Assembly (NCBI RefSeq): GCF_039654945.1
Contig: NW_027361687.1
Span: forward strand, 73,470,001 to 73,534,000
Origin: Dendrobates tinctorius
Lineage: Eukaryota
Direction of reading: 5' to 3'
DNA: 64,000 nucleotides
The notes under the pieces were generated by a model. It did not search any database and was not told the origin of the DNA. It saw nothing but the letters and a program-made list of their open reading frames with translations. The position numbers and the translations under genes were made by a program. Positions 25,274 to 37,266 of the stretch are shown here, piece by piece (the first letter of the stretch is position 1; each line of letters begins with the position of its first letter).

Positions 25274-26130
25274 ATCAGACATATTACCAGCTGCTTAAGG
25301 GGGTGGGGCATAAACCCCTGTACCCCTTACATCTTTTAACAAACTCTATGCGGGCTTTCATATGTCTGGCACTGAGGTGAGGCTTCCGTCGAACCACTCT
25401 GCCATAAAGGCCCGACTGAGGGCTGCAATGATAGTTGACTTTGTGGAACTTTCTCCCATCTCACTACTGCATCTGTGGAGCTCAGCCACAGTGATCTTGG
25501 GGTTCTTCTTTTCCTCTCTCACCAAAGGCTCTTCTCTCACGATTGCTCAGTTTAGCTGGATGGCCAAGTCTAGGAAGACTTCTGGTGGTCCCAAACTTCT
25601 TCTTCCATTTAAGGATTATGGAGGTCACTGTGCTCTTAGGAAACTTGAGTACTGCAGAAATTCTTTTGTAACCTTGGCCAGATATGTGCCTTGCCTCAGT
25701 TCTGTCTCTGAGCTCCTTGGCCAGTTCCTTTGACCTCATGATTCTCATTTGGTCTGACATGCACTGTGAGCTGTGAGGTCTTATATAGACAGATGTGTGC
25801 CTTTGCAAATCAAGTCCTATCAGTTTAATTAAACACAGCTGGACTCCTATGATGGAGTAGAACTATCTCAAGGAGGATCACAAGGAAAGTATGTGACTTA
25901 AATATGAGTGTCTAGGCAAACAGTCTGAAAACTTTTGACCATGTGAAATTTCAGTTTTTCTTTTTTAATAAATTAGCAAAAATTTCTACATTTCTGTTTT
26001 CTTCAGGCAAGATGGGATGCAGAGTGTACATTACTGAGAAAAAAATAAACTTTTTTGAATTTTCCAAATGGCTGGAATTAAACAAAAAGTGAACAATTTA
26101 AAGGGGTATGGATACTTTCTGTACCCACTG
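23688..26130 (-). mobile_element. Tc1-like element with disrupted transposase, split by a solo LTR
   Basis: TA|CAGTGGGTATGGAAAGTATTCAGACC ... TACTTTCTGTACCCACTG|TA. Minus-strand MRSKELAKELRDR...GQGYKRIS, WSDEMKIELFG, KHGGS.IMLW, FQQYNDPKH, PDLNPIE. Confidence 0.9.
24538..25331. mobile_element. Solo LTR, ~794 bp
   Basis: TGTAA...TTACA termini inside a T-run of the Tc1 ORF, with an imperfect TSD. Contains (TA)n at ~25240-25271. Confidence 0.8.
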
Positions 26131-27224
26131 TATATGCTAGGCTTATGTCCCTCTGTACTTTGCTACATCACAGTGTCTTGGAAATAGGAAGACACTCATA
26201 CTCATTGACGGAAACATGAGTTGAAGAGTGGAGGACAGATATTTGTGAACAAGGCTGATGGAATCATATGGGCTTGTTTGAGAAATAAGATAAGAAGACC
26301 AAAACTGAACCCCAAGTGATAACAAGATTCAAGAGATGTGTCTATTTAGGACATTTTATAGCATCTCATTTGCATTTGTCTCGAGAACTGAGCCTGGTCG
26401 TGCACTTTTAGGAATGTAGCATGCAGTTTTCTCCATTAATTTACTTGGGAACTCCAAAAATTGGTGCACTCAGCAATTTTTGGAGCTCCTATACATGAAT
26501 ATAGAGACCGATTTGATGTGATGGATCTAAGCTTTGCTTTTTATACTTCTACAGTTGTGTCTGGAGAGGTAATAGTTAATTTTTTCCTGTCATCCCACAG
26601 CTGTCCTGGGCTTTTTCAGCTCTTAAAATTTCAATTGAAGGGATTCATTGGAGCAAACTGTAATTCAATTATCACATAACTTTATCATTATCACTTAACT
26701 TCAGTAGGCAAGCTTTGAGTTGTAGAGTGAAGGTGACCTCAGAACGTGAGGAGACGCCTGATTCTACAGGCTTAGAAGGCTTCCTAAAATTTCATGTAGA
26801 CTATATATAGTCACCGTCTGAGCCCTTGGTCAAGATGGGCAATTCTTGAGCAAAATGGGCAGGTGGTGCTGATGCAGCAGCAGGATACATGCTTTATGAT
26901 TAATTTATGTTGAAGAAGTGATGAGCTGTTGAGCAGATGCTGAACTGTTGTAGCTGAGCTAGAGCAGTGAGGACACATGTTGCAGGGCTGGAACAGCGAA
27001 GACTGATATAACAAAGCTGGGACAGTATTGATTGATGTAGCAAAACTGGAACATGTCATGCTCGCCATGTCTGTTATGTCTGCCATGTCTGTTTTACCTC
27101 ATGACCCTGGAGCGGTGTGCACGCGCATCTCATGTCTGCTATCCTGCTTGTTCCCTAGAGCAGTGTGCACTCTCACCTCATGTCTGCTGAGCTGCAAGAT
27201 GCCTGCGTTTCTGCTTTGCCTTCT

Positions 27225-27540
27225 GTGATCTTCGCGTCATGTCTAGAATCCCTGATCATGTGTCTTTCCTAGGATCCTGCACTGTCTGGTTCTGCAATCA
27301 TCTCGTCATGTCTGAAACCTTGATCATGTGACGTTTCCTAAGATCCTGCACTGTCTGGTTCTGTGATCATCTCGTCATGTCTGAAACTCTGATCATGTGA
27401 CTTTTCCTATTATCCTGCACTGTCTGGTTCTGCAATCATCTCGTCATGTCTGAAACCTTGATCATGTGACGATTCCTAGGATCCTGCACTGTCTGGTTCT
27501 GTGATCATCTCGTCATGTCTGAAACCCTGATCATGTGACT
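27225..27540. repeat. 69-bp minisatellite, about 4.5 copies
   Basis: ATCCTGCACTGTCTGGTTCTG at 27274, 27343, 27412 and 27481. Confidence 0.9.
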
Positions 27541-28680
27541 GCGCTCTGTGATCCTGGAGCATCTGAACTAGGAAGTTCTCCCCTGGTCCTGACCCGGAAG
27601 AGGAGGTGCTGTGCCCTATATTAGACCGCCCCTTCCTATGCTCAGGGCCTGAGTATTGTGTCCCTGCATGGCTGCTTGGTCTGTGGAGCACTCCCTCTAT
27701 TCTGTGCCCTTGCACTTGCTCTGTCGTGCGTCTCTGCACACGCTCTGTGCTCGTACTCCGTCTCTTGTCCCGTGCCTTGTCTTTTGTTTGTCCGTTGTGC
27801 CATGTTCGTCCTTGTCCTGCTTAGACTTGTAGTCCTTCTGTTATTCTCTGCCTTGCCTGTTTCTGCCATGTCTTGCCTTCGCTATGCTCTGCCTTGTGTT
27901 TTCTCCTCGGTTCTCTGTCTCTGCCTGTTATTCCCGCTCTCTCTGCTATGGTGCTCTGTAGTGCTCCCTGGCACACGCACCATTCCTCCTCTCTTTCCTT
28001 TTGTGCTCTTTTCCATGTCTAGTCCCAAGGCTCTGCCTTGGCCCGGCTCTGGGCTTCAGCCTACGCTCCGCTGCTAGACTCTTTCCTATTATGCTCTCTT
28101 GCACGTTTCTAGGCTAGTCCCAAGGTTCTCCCTTGGCCCGGCTCTGGGCTTCGGCCTACGCTCCGCTGCTAGCTCTGTTCTTGCTCTGACCTGATTCCGT
28201 GTTCTGCCTATGCTTCCGTTCCTGGTTCCGTACACTGCCTAAGCTCTGTCTTGTTTCTCGTCTTGTCTTCCCTTGCTCTGTTTCTTCGTGTGCCCTTTGC
28301 ATGCGCCTGGCCTTCCTAGCCTCCTGTTTTTGCCTCAGCCGTGCCCGCCCTAGCCGTGCCCGCCTGCTTGTGCCTCAGCCGTGCTCGTCGGTCAGTGACA
28401 GCTGTGTCGCCTGCCATGCCTCAGCCAGGTTCGCTGAAGTCTTGCCCGGCTGTCAGTGCCGCAGCCCGATCAGCTAGCAAGTGCCCCAGCCGTGCCCTCT
28501 GTGCTCCCTTGCACTTCACGCTGTTTCCACACTGTGCTCTGCGTGCTCTCTAAAGCACGCGCAGGCCCTCGCCTGCCCATGGCATACCTCCCCGTGCTTC
28601 TGTAAAAGTATGCGCAGGCTTTGCCATGTCCCCTGTCATGCCCTCTTGCATGCACAGATCCTAACCCGGTCCTTGAACCC

Positions 28681-29112
28681 TGACCCTGGCATGCCTCTCT
28701 GCACGCGCAGGACTCTGCCTCGCCTGACCCTGGCGTGCCTCTCTGCACGCGCAGGACTCTGCCTCGCCTGACCCTGGCGTGCCTCTCTGCACGCGCAGGA
28801 CTCTGCCTCGCCTGTCCCTGGCATGCCTCTTTGCAAGCGCAGGACTCTGCTTTGTTAACTTGTGCCTTGGCGTGTCTCTACACACGCACTCTGTCTTCTA
28901 CCTTGTGCTTTGGCGTGTCTCACACGCACTGTCTTGTACCTAGTGCTTTGGCGTGTCTCTACACACGCACCCTGTCTCGTTTTGTGAACCCTGGCGTGTC
29001 CCCTACACACGCACCTTGCTTTGCACCTCGCTTTGAACCCTGGCGTGTCCCCTGCACACGCACCTTGTCTTGCACCTAGCCTTGGACCTTGGCGTGTTCC
29101 CTAACACGCACC
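28681..29112. repeat. 44-bp minisatellite (about 4 copies) grading into related degenerate units
   Basis: TG(A/T)CCCTGGC(A/G)TGCCTCT at 28681, 28725, 28769 and 28813, then TGGCGTGTC...CACGCAC units. Confidence 0.85.
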
Positions 29113-29292
29113 ATGCCTGGATATCTGACGTGCCTCCTTGCCTGAACCCTGGTTTGCCTGCCGGATGCCCGGAACCTGCCGATTGCTGCCAGAGATCGTA
29201 AGATGGATGACTGCGGCCTGATGTCCGGAGCTGATGTCTGCAGCCTGATGCCTTGATCATGTCGATTGTTGCGAGCGGTCCGGAGTCCGATG

Positions 29293-30085
29293 TGTTATGA
29301 TTGAGTCACCGTAGGAGGCAAAAATAGAAATGCTAGCTAAGTCCAGAAAACCAGAGAAGTTGGCAGCTATCGGATTGCAGACCTCTGAACCTATCAAAAC
29401 AACTAGCAGTAGCCGTGGGGGGCTCCTACGATGCCCTAGGCCCCTCGATCACAGCCGGAGGACTACATAGCCTAAAGACAGAAAGGGAAATCTAAACTGC
29501 CCCAGAGCAGACCCCAAAGCAAAAGGCAGCCCCCCACATATAATGACGGTGAAGCAAGAAGAACAAAACACAGACAGAAAGATAGACTGAGCAAAGATGG
29601 GGCCCACGCTAGCTTAGATAGGAAAGGACAGGAAGGCTGCTGTCTGCAATCCGTGAAAAACCCTATGAAAATAAGAGCCAACAAACTGACAGTAAAAAGG
29701 CCCTGAAGACGCTAGGCTTCAAAAAAGCTATGTCAGTTCTCAGGAATATTCTGAAGACGGAGCAACAGGCAAAAGGAGATACAGCTCACCCCAGCAGGGA
29801 ATGGCAGAATACAGAAAAGCAAGGAAAACAAAACACTAATGCAAAAAGGCAAAGCAGAAATCTTAGCTTTAGATGAGCAGGAATCAAACTGGTTTCCTAG
29901 AAGTCCACAGAGAAATCACCCGCAGGCCAGAAGGGAGTCGGCAGCCTTATATCCAGTCATTAACTCCACTCAGCCAGTCATCATCATCAGCCCCAGGTGT
30001 TTGACAATCAGGCTCACTACCTTTCTTCACCAGAAGAGGGAGTTCCTCGGGCCTCAGTAGTGAAGGGGAAAATGAACTCACAACA
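29293..30085 (-). mobile_element. Nested solo LTR, 793 bp
   Basis: TGTTATGA...TCACAACA termini flanked by CCGATG on both sides. Composition switches from pyrimidine-rich to purine-rich. Strand is inferred from composition. Confidence 0.85.
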
Positions 30086-33000
30086 CCGATGCCATTTTGC
30101 CTTTACCTGTACCTAGGCGTGCCACCTGGCACGTACCATGCTATGGACCTTGGCGTGCCCACACACGCACTTTGCACGTTTTGCTTGTTTTCACGTTTTT
30201 GCACTGAATGTGATCCTGAAGATCTTAATGAAGATACCTTGCACTTACCTCTTGTCTTGTCTTGTTTCCTGCTTGTCTCTGGTCGTCAGACACTCCCATA
30301 GTCCCCCTGATCCGGCCGTCTGGTCCAAGCAGTGGTGGCTCACCGCCTTGGTCTTGCGCCTGACACTCCATGTATAGGGGGTGGATTCTCACAAGGTCAG
30401 CTCGCCCTCGGTGGGTGGGTACCATGACCCAGGGGGTCCACTCAAAAAATGGGCTCAGCAGGAGCTGAGTCCGTCACAGAACAACAATGTCTGATGTACA
30501 GTAGAAGAGCTGGAACAGCAGATACTAATATAGCAGTATTGTAACAGAAACTACTTTAGCAGTAATGGAATATCGATGCCTGGAAAAGCAGAGATGTGTT
30601 AGCAAAGGTGGTTTAGTAAACAGAGCTAGGACAGCATAATTGTGGTTGGAAGAGTAGTATAGTTGTAAGAAAGAAAACTACCTGAATACTCATGCAGTGA
30701 TCCTCCACCTGAGCCGGTTTAAATGATGCAGGCAAATGAGTTTACAGATGCGCAATGAGTTACAACCTGATGCAAAGAAGAGCTGGGGAGACTGGCAACT
30801 ATAGAAAAGTGATGTAGTGATCACTTCTGGAGCTGGGAGAGGTAAGTAGCAAGGGTTCCCATTTTTGGCTTCAGGAAAAATTTGCTTCTGGAAAAAGGGA
30901 AAACCTCAAGATCCATAGATGAGTTGGCAAATCTCCTGAAAACTACCTTACTTTCTCCCAGATGTCTCTTGGGAACAAGTGTTTGGAAGGTTTCCTGTGT
31001 CTCCTGTTGGAATGCTTCCTAATTAATATCAATTGGCATGGAGAAGTGTGTCCCCAAAAGGGGCCATGGAACCTGAGAATATTTCCACACTTTTTTTCAC
31101 TCTGCCCTTTTATTGTCATTCATGATATTAATTTTTCGTTCTTCCCATTATGTTCCATCACATGAAACATTTCATGCGCCATTGGCCTGGCTGTAGATAC
31201 ATTAGTGCTCATTTATGTCCAGTAAGGCACCATAATTAATCGCATGTACGGAAACGTGCACATTGTGTCTACACACAAGAGGCTATGATCAATTTACATG
31301 ATTTCAACAAACATAGCAATTAATTTCCACTGTTCTTCATTCCCCCTGAGGCTGAAACTAAATGCAGAGTAAGATCACAGGATAAAGCGATGACAAGTCC
31401 GTTCCCTCCGGAAGAAACTCTGTGGAGAGTTCAACCTATTTATTACAACTTTATAATTATAGAGTCCGTAGTGACAACTGAAGTAGTGATTTTATTTTTT
31501 AATCCCGTCCCCATGCTTCACAAGTTTTCATTTGCTTTAATTAAAGGCCTTGATGTTGCCACAGTCCCCGGAGTCATTAGGCAAGCTCAAGCTTCAAGGA
31601 TAACAAGGCCAGAGGTGACAAACTGCCATTTTGCCCCCGTGGAGAAACACAAAGTGAAGCGCTACGAACTGGGGGCAGATGGGATTAACCCTCAGAAGCT
31701 AATTATGACAAACTGAATTTAGTAACTGTATATTGGCGGGTAATGATGAGAAAGCTTCTGTGGCTGCCATCGGGAAGCAGAATTCACTATGCTCTTCTGA
31801 AGTGCTGTCCAAGGGACAACTGAAGTGACAGGATGACAGTGATGTCTTTCCGAAGGTGAGACTTTTGATGGTGACCTGATTAAAGGATCTGATAAAACCC
31901 AGGTGATCGGCACAAGGGGGCACGTGCAGTGCATAACATAAAGTTGTATTATTTCTTTTCAAGCTTAGGAAATTATGGAAATGAATTTGTAAGTTTCCAA
32001 TAGTTTTTGAGATTTAGCCACTTGTAAATTTGTTTTGAGAATGTCTCAAGGAGGTTCTTCACCATGGAAAATTCTTACTTATTAGAAGGGTCCCTTGACA
32101 ATAAGCTGATCACAAAATGATCTCCCTGCTGAATCCTTCAGTGATCTGTAGGAAATCCTTACAGAAAGTGTTCAATTTTTCTGCATCACCCCTACATGAT
32201 ACATAAAACATTACACACTGTCCATTCAAACCATTGGGCAGGTCCTCCAGAATGAAAGATACTTTTGGGAGAAGTTCTCCTCTCTGGCCAAAAGATGTAA
32301 AGGTCTTGAATAAGAGATCACCATTAGAATTTACTGATAGGGTTTATGATAGAATTCCACAAATCGATTTACACCACCCAGGCTACTGGCCACTACAAAG
32401 CCATGAGAAGTGCCTCTTAGCCAGCCCGGCACAGCATAACGTGCATCACAATTAGCGCCCGGCCGATTAATCAAAAGAACAATGGATGGTGTCAAGTAAG
32501 AAGTAGTTCTCGTACCTCTAGTGGTGACAGTTGGCCGATACAGCGGGTCATTTGAATCGTAAACCATATAACTCATCTAGGCTATATTGTATGTAATGGG
32601 TCACTTGAATGATGGAGCTGTACTGTGAAGTAGCTGGACAAGCTAAAGAAAAGGGAGATAGAGTAAAGAAGTTTTCACCCAAACCCTTCCCATTGTTGAG
32701 GTGAATCTTACGCCATGAAAGTACTGCATGAATGTGTGATTTGGAAATAACAGCAGTGGCCACTAAACAGTTGATGGAGCTCTGCTGCTCAGTTCAGTTC
32801 TGTAACAGCTTACATCTAGCCACCAGTGGGAGTGCCACTAACACGATATTGATGACCTATCCCATGGATATGTCAAAAGGAGAAACATTACCCCTTAGAC
32901 CTCAAAGGTGGTGTAAGAATCCTTTAATGTCAATTGACACTGTTGCATGTGTCGTTGAAATTTGCAAGTCCTTATATGTTATGCCTGTTGCATCCCTATT

Positions 33001-33999
33001 GGAGATGTTGGGACTGTTCCGCGTCCCTGTGGGCACTGTTGCACTTCATTAAGAAAGCCCTGCTCACGGTAAGCGGGTAAAGTCTGTTTTTTGCCAAAAG
33101 CTGAAGATTAGTATGTGAAATCGGCTTAGGGGACTGCGAACTAGGTAGAAGATTCTTTTGTTTTTTTGCTGCACCTGTTGTGCCCCTTCTGCTGGAAAAA
33201 AAAGCCGAGACTGTCTGGATGGCCTGGACCATGGGAAATATCTAAAAAATGTGTGTTTTCCTTGCTGATGGGAAAGCCTGCTCCCCTTAATAAATGGGGA
33301 GCTCTACCTCAGAAAGATTGACGGCTTTGAAGAACGGGCCGCATTTGGTGAATATATCGTATTTAATGTATATATTAGTGGACTTAACCCTGAGGACTGT
33401 GGGCCGGGTTTGCATTTTCAGAAAAGTTGGACCACTGTGCGCCATTGTAAATTCTTTAGAATGTTTTACGATACGATACGATACAATACACTTTATTGAT
33501 CCGGGGGAAATTACGGTATTACAGCAGCAATACTAACAGCAGTACATAAAATATTAGGACACAAATCTTGCACAAGTATGCCAACATTACGTAACAAATA
33601 AATGTGGGTAGTTCAGGTATATAAGTCACTGTTAATTGACATTAGTACACCTGCAATCAGTCATTGTTGTCTACCACCCGTAGGAAATTATTATACACCC
33701 CCATAGCAATAGGTACAAACGATTGACTGAATTTCTCCGTCTTACACTTTAGTAGGATTAGACGGCTGCTGAATGTGCTCTTCTGCTTCAAGAACAGCTC
33801 GTATAGTGGGTGTGTATTATCAGCGTCGGACTGGAACGCCTTGGGCCCACCGGAGAAAATCATTCTTGGGGCCCATTATGTAGCTACATAGAAATAAATA
33901 CAAGACCGCCAATTGTGCCGTAAAACACCCTAATATCTGGGTATAGGGTATAATATAAGGTAGTACACCTCTTAATTATGTAGCAGGAGTTGCGGTAGC

Positions 34000-34465
34000 C
34001 TCCCTCATAGAATATAAAGCAGCCCCCTCAAAGTTTAAGGCAGCCCCCTCATAGAATATAATGTAGCCCCCTCATAGAATATAATGCAGCTCCCTCATAG
34101 AATATAATTAAGCCCCATCACAGAATATAATGCAGCCATCTCATAGAATATAGCCCCTTTATAGAATATAATGTAGCCCTCCACAGAATATAATGCTGCC
34201 CCCCTCATAGGGTATAATGCTGCCCTCCTCATAGGGTATAATGCACCCCCTCATAGGGTATAATGCTGCCCTCCTCATAGGGTATAATGCTGCCCTCCTC
34301 ATAGGGTATAACGCACCCCCTCATAGGGTATAATACACCCCTTCATAGGGTATAACACTCTCCCCCTCATAGGGTATAATGCACCCCCTCATAGGGTATA
34401 ATGCACCCCCTCATAGGGTATAATGTTGCCCCCCCACAGGGTATAATGCTGCCACCCCCTCATAT
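34000..34465. repeat. ~22-24-bp minisatellite
   Basis: CCCCCTCATAGAATATAATGCAG units switch to CCCCCTCATAGGGTATAATGC units at ~34205. Confidence 0.9.
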
Positions 34466-34623
34466 ATATAATGCTATAAATATATATATAGATACATATA
34501 GATATAGATACATATAGCTATAGAGATTGATAGAGATAGATAATAGATAGATATAGAGATAGATAGATATATAGAGATAGATGATAGATAGAGATAGATA
34601 TAGAGATAGATAAATAGATAGAT
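34466..34623. repeat. Degenerate (ATAG)n microsatellite, continuing at 40165-40700
   Basis: GATA/TAGA runs on both sides of the nested insertions. Confidence 0.85.
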
Positions 34624-35074
34624 ATATATGAAAAAGGCACAGCAGCACCCTGTGAATGCCAAGACATGATGTCAATGGAAATAACAACTTCCAAACGCTC
34701 TGTCCCTCAGCAAGATGTACTTACAAAAGCGAAGGTTCTTAGCGCATGATTTGGCCAATTCATGTGTGCCCGTCAACCGTGGCAAGGTGACACTTCTCTG
34801 ACGGGTCATGTCTAAAGCCTTCCATATCCTACTGTATATGCCACTTTCTGGTTAAGAAACCTACTATAATGGACAAACATGTCTCTCCTGGGCTGCAAGC
34901 CTCCAATTTGAATGGGCAAGTAGAACTGGTTGAGAACACCTGCAGGTTAATGGGAGGAGTGCAAGTGTTAGAGCAGAGGGAGTCACACCCCCCAAAATAG
35001 CATTTGGAAGTTGTTATTTCCATTGACATCATGTCTTGACATTCACAGGGTGCTGCTGTGCCTTTTTCATATAT
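34624..35074. mobile_element. Foldback element with ~72-bp inverted repeats (MITE or PLE-type inverted insertion)
   Basis: 34624-34695 is the near-exact reverse complement of 35003-35074. Confidence 0.65.
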
Positions 35075-35441
35075 GTTTTGCAGTCACTGCAGCTTGCACC
35101 TATTCACACTTAGGCTACTTTCACACATCAGGTTTTCGGCGTCAGGCGCGTTCCAGCGTCGTGCCGGAGTGCCGGTTCCGGCAAATGTTTAGTAAAACTG
35201 GATGTGACGGATCCGGTTTTCTGCCGGATCCGTCTTGCGCTTGACAGCCAAAACCGGATCCGTCTCATCCGGTTCATCCGGTTTTCGATCCGTTTTTCGA
35301 CGGATTACGCCGGATCCGGTTTTTAAAATCGCCCCTTGTGGCCTTCCGAAAGGGATTGGCTACTGAAAAACTATATATAGCGTGTTCCTACAGACCTTCT
35401 TTGACAGGTTGTAAAGGAGAAAGTGCAGGTTACTGGCGAAG

Positions 35442-36764
35442 ATGGATGTTGTGATTGGAAATATTTTGAAGAATTTGGCGGATTTTACAGCGGAGGCGAA
35501 TCGTTTGAGGGTGATTGTTCTGGAGAAGGAGAGAGCGAGACGTAGACGACGTTTGTGGATCCACCCCATCACAGCCAAGAGAATGACGCGTGGGGTCTAT
35601 TATACACTCTGCATGGACCTTAGACGAAACCCGGATACATTTTTTGGATATGTTCGGATGAAAATGGAGAATTTTGATTCCTTGGTGGAGCGCATTGCAC
35701 ACCTCATAAGAAAATCGGACACCTATTGCCGCTTCTCTGTTTCACCCGCAGAGCGTCTGATGGTGACTTTAAGGTAAGCCACTTTCACTGCAATCTTGTT
35801 GGTGGTAGTTTGTATCTCCAAGTGTTATAGCTGAGTTTTGGTATGTAATGCTGTGATTTTAAACTAATTGATTGTTTTTTAATTCCCCACAGATTTCTTG
35901 CTACTGGAGAATCCCTTTTGTCACTGCATTTCCAGTACAGACTCGGGATTTCCACCATATCTGGAATAGTGAAGTACACATGCCGTGCACTGTGGGACTC
36001 CTTAGCTGAAGAGTTTTTACCAGAGCCCACAACAGAGAGGTGGATTGAAATTTCAGAAAAGTTTCAACAGATATGTCAGTTTCCGAACTGCTTGGGCGCT
36101 GTGGACGGGAAACATATCCGCATTGTAAAGCCAGCCGGATCGGGATCGGAATATTTCAATTACAAGAAATATTTTTCAATTGTCCTCATGGCCATCGCGG
36201 AATACAAATTTATTGCTGTTGATATTGGGGCCTATGGCTCCTCCAATGACTCTCAAGTTTTCAAACTGTCTGCCATGGGGCGTAAACTGTATGGAAACAC
36301 CTTCCAGTTCCCACCCCCTAAACCGCTGCCGCAAACATCTGGTCCACCTATGCCATTTGTCTGTGGATGAAGCCTTCCAGCTGTCAGAACACCTTTTGAA
36401 ACCGTATGGCAGCAGAGGATTGTCAAGAACAAAACGCATTTTTAATTACCGCCTCACAAGAGCAAGAAGAATGGTTGAATGTACCTTTGGTATTCTGACA
36501 GCCAAATGGCGGGTCCTATTGACTGCAATCAACCTCAAGACAGAAACTGTGGACGAGGTGATCAAAGCTTGCGTGGTACTCCACAATTTTGTTATCTGCA
36601 AGGAACCCATTTCCATTGAGGACACCTCTGAAGAAACCACCTTGCAAGATTACCATGACATTACCACTAGAAGTTCTGTGACAGTTTCAGTAATGAGGGA
36701 CAATTTTTCACTATACTTTACGTCACCTCAAGGCAGAGTACACTGGCAGGATGACAGAGTGTGA
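35442..36764 (+). pseudogene. Harbinger DDE transposase; exons 35442-35773 and 35893-36764; frameshift near 36360
   Basis: WIHP, ERLMVTLR|FLATGES across a GT-AG intron, FPNCLGAVDGKHI, NYKKYFS, DEAF, RARRMVECTFG. Confidence 0.92.
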
Positions 36765-37266
36765 AAGATTTGTGCCCTTAACCAAACTTGTATACCTTCT
36801 GTACCAACAGTATATACCTTTGCCAACCAAAGTTGGCTATCTTGTCATGGTCTTACTATTTTTACCTTTAGGCCACAGGTGTGTACCTGGTTGTGTTTTA
36901 TGCAAAGTATTTCACCTTTTAACAAAATTTGTGTACATTGTTAGGAAATCACCAACAATAAACACAACTTTTTAGGTGAAATACTTTGCTTCAAACACAA
37001 CCAGGAACACAACTGTGGCAAAAAGCTAAAATTTACCCACAGTTATATACCTGGTTTTGAATACCTTTTTACCTTTGAAATACCCTGTATTTAACCTTTT
37101 TTTTAAACATATTTCGCCGCAGAAAGAAATGACAGACAACCATTGTAAAACGATAATTTAACTTTTATTTAAAATATTTCTTTTTTTGTAAAATGTTTTT
37201 AAAGTGCAAAAAACTTTTTTAATAAAGGTTTTAAACCCAATGGGCATTTTTATTAAAAAACACACA

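Larger units (their letters stand above)
27054..30478. mobile_element. Very long solo-LTR-like element with internal minisatellites
   Basis: TG...CA termini (TGTCATG / CGTCACA) with exact 5-bp TSD GAACA (27049-27053 and 30479-30483). No gag/pol found. Confidence 0.8.

Noticed and set aside
27476-29260. Many Cys/Leu/Arg-rich ORFs
   Set aside because: They derive from pyrimidine-skewed minisatellites inside an LTR-like unit.
31390-31716. 108-aa ORF as a host exon
   Set aside because: No recognisable domain or convincing splice sites; treated as non-coding.
34965-35010. Possible decayed hammerhead in the foldback insert
   Set aside because: Neither CUGANGA nor GAAA is intact.
35442-36764. Host domesticated HARBI1 gene
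   Set aside because: It lies within TIRs and a TSD with a Myb partner and carries a frameshift, so it is a transposon copy.
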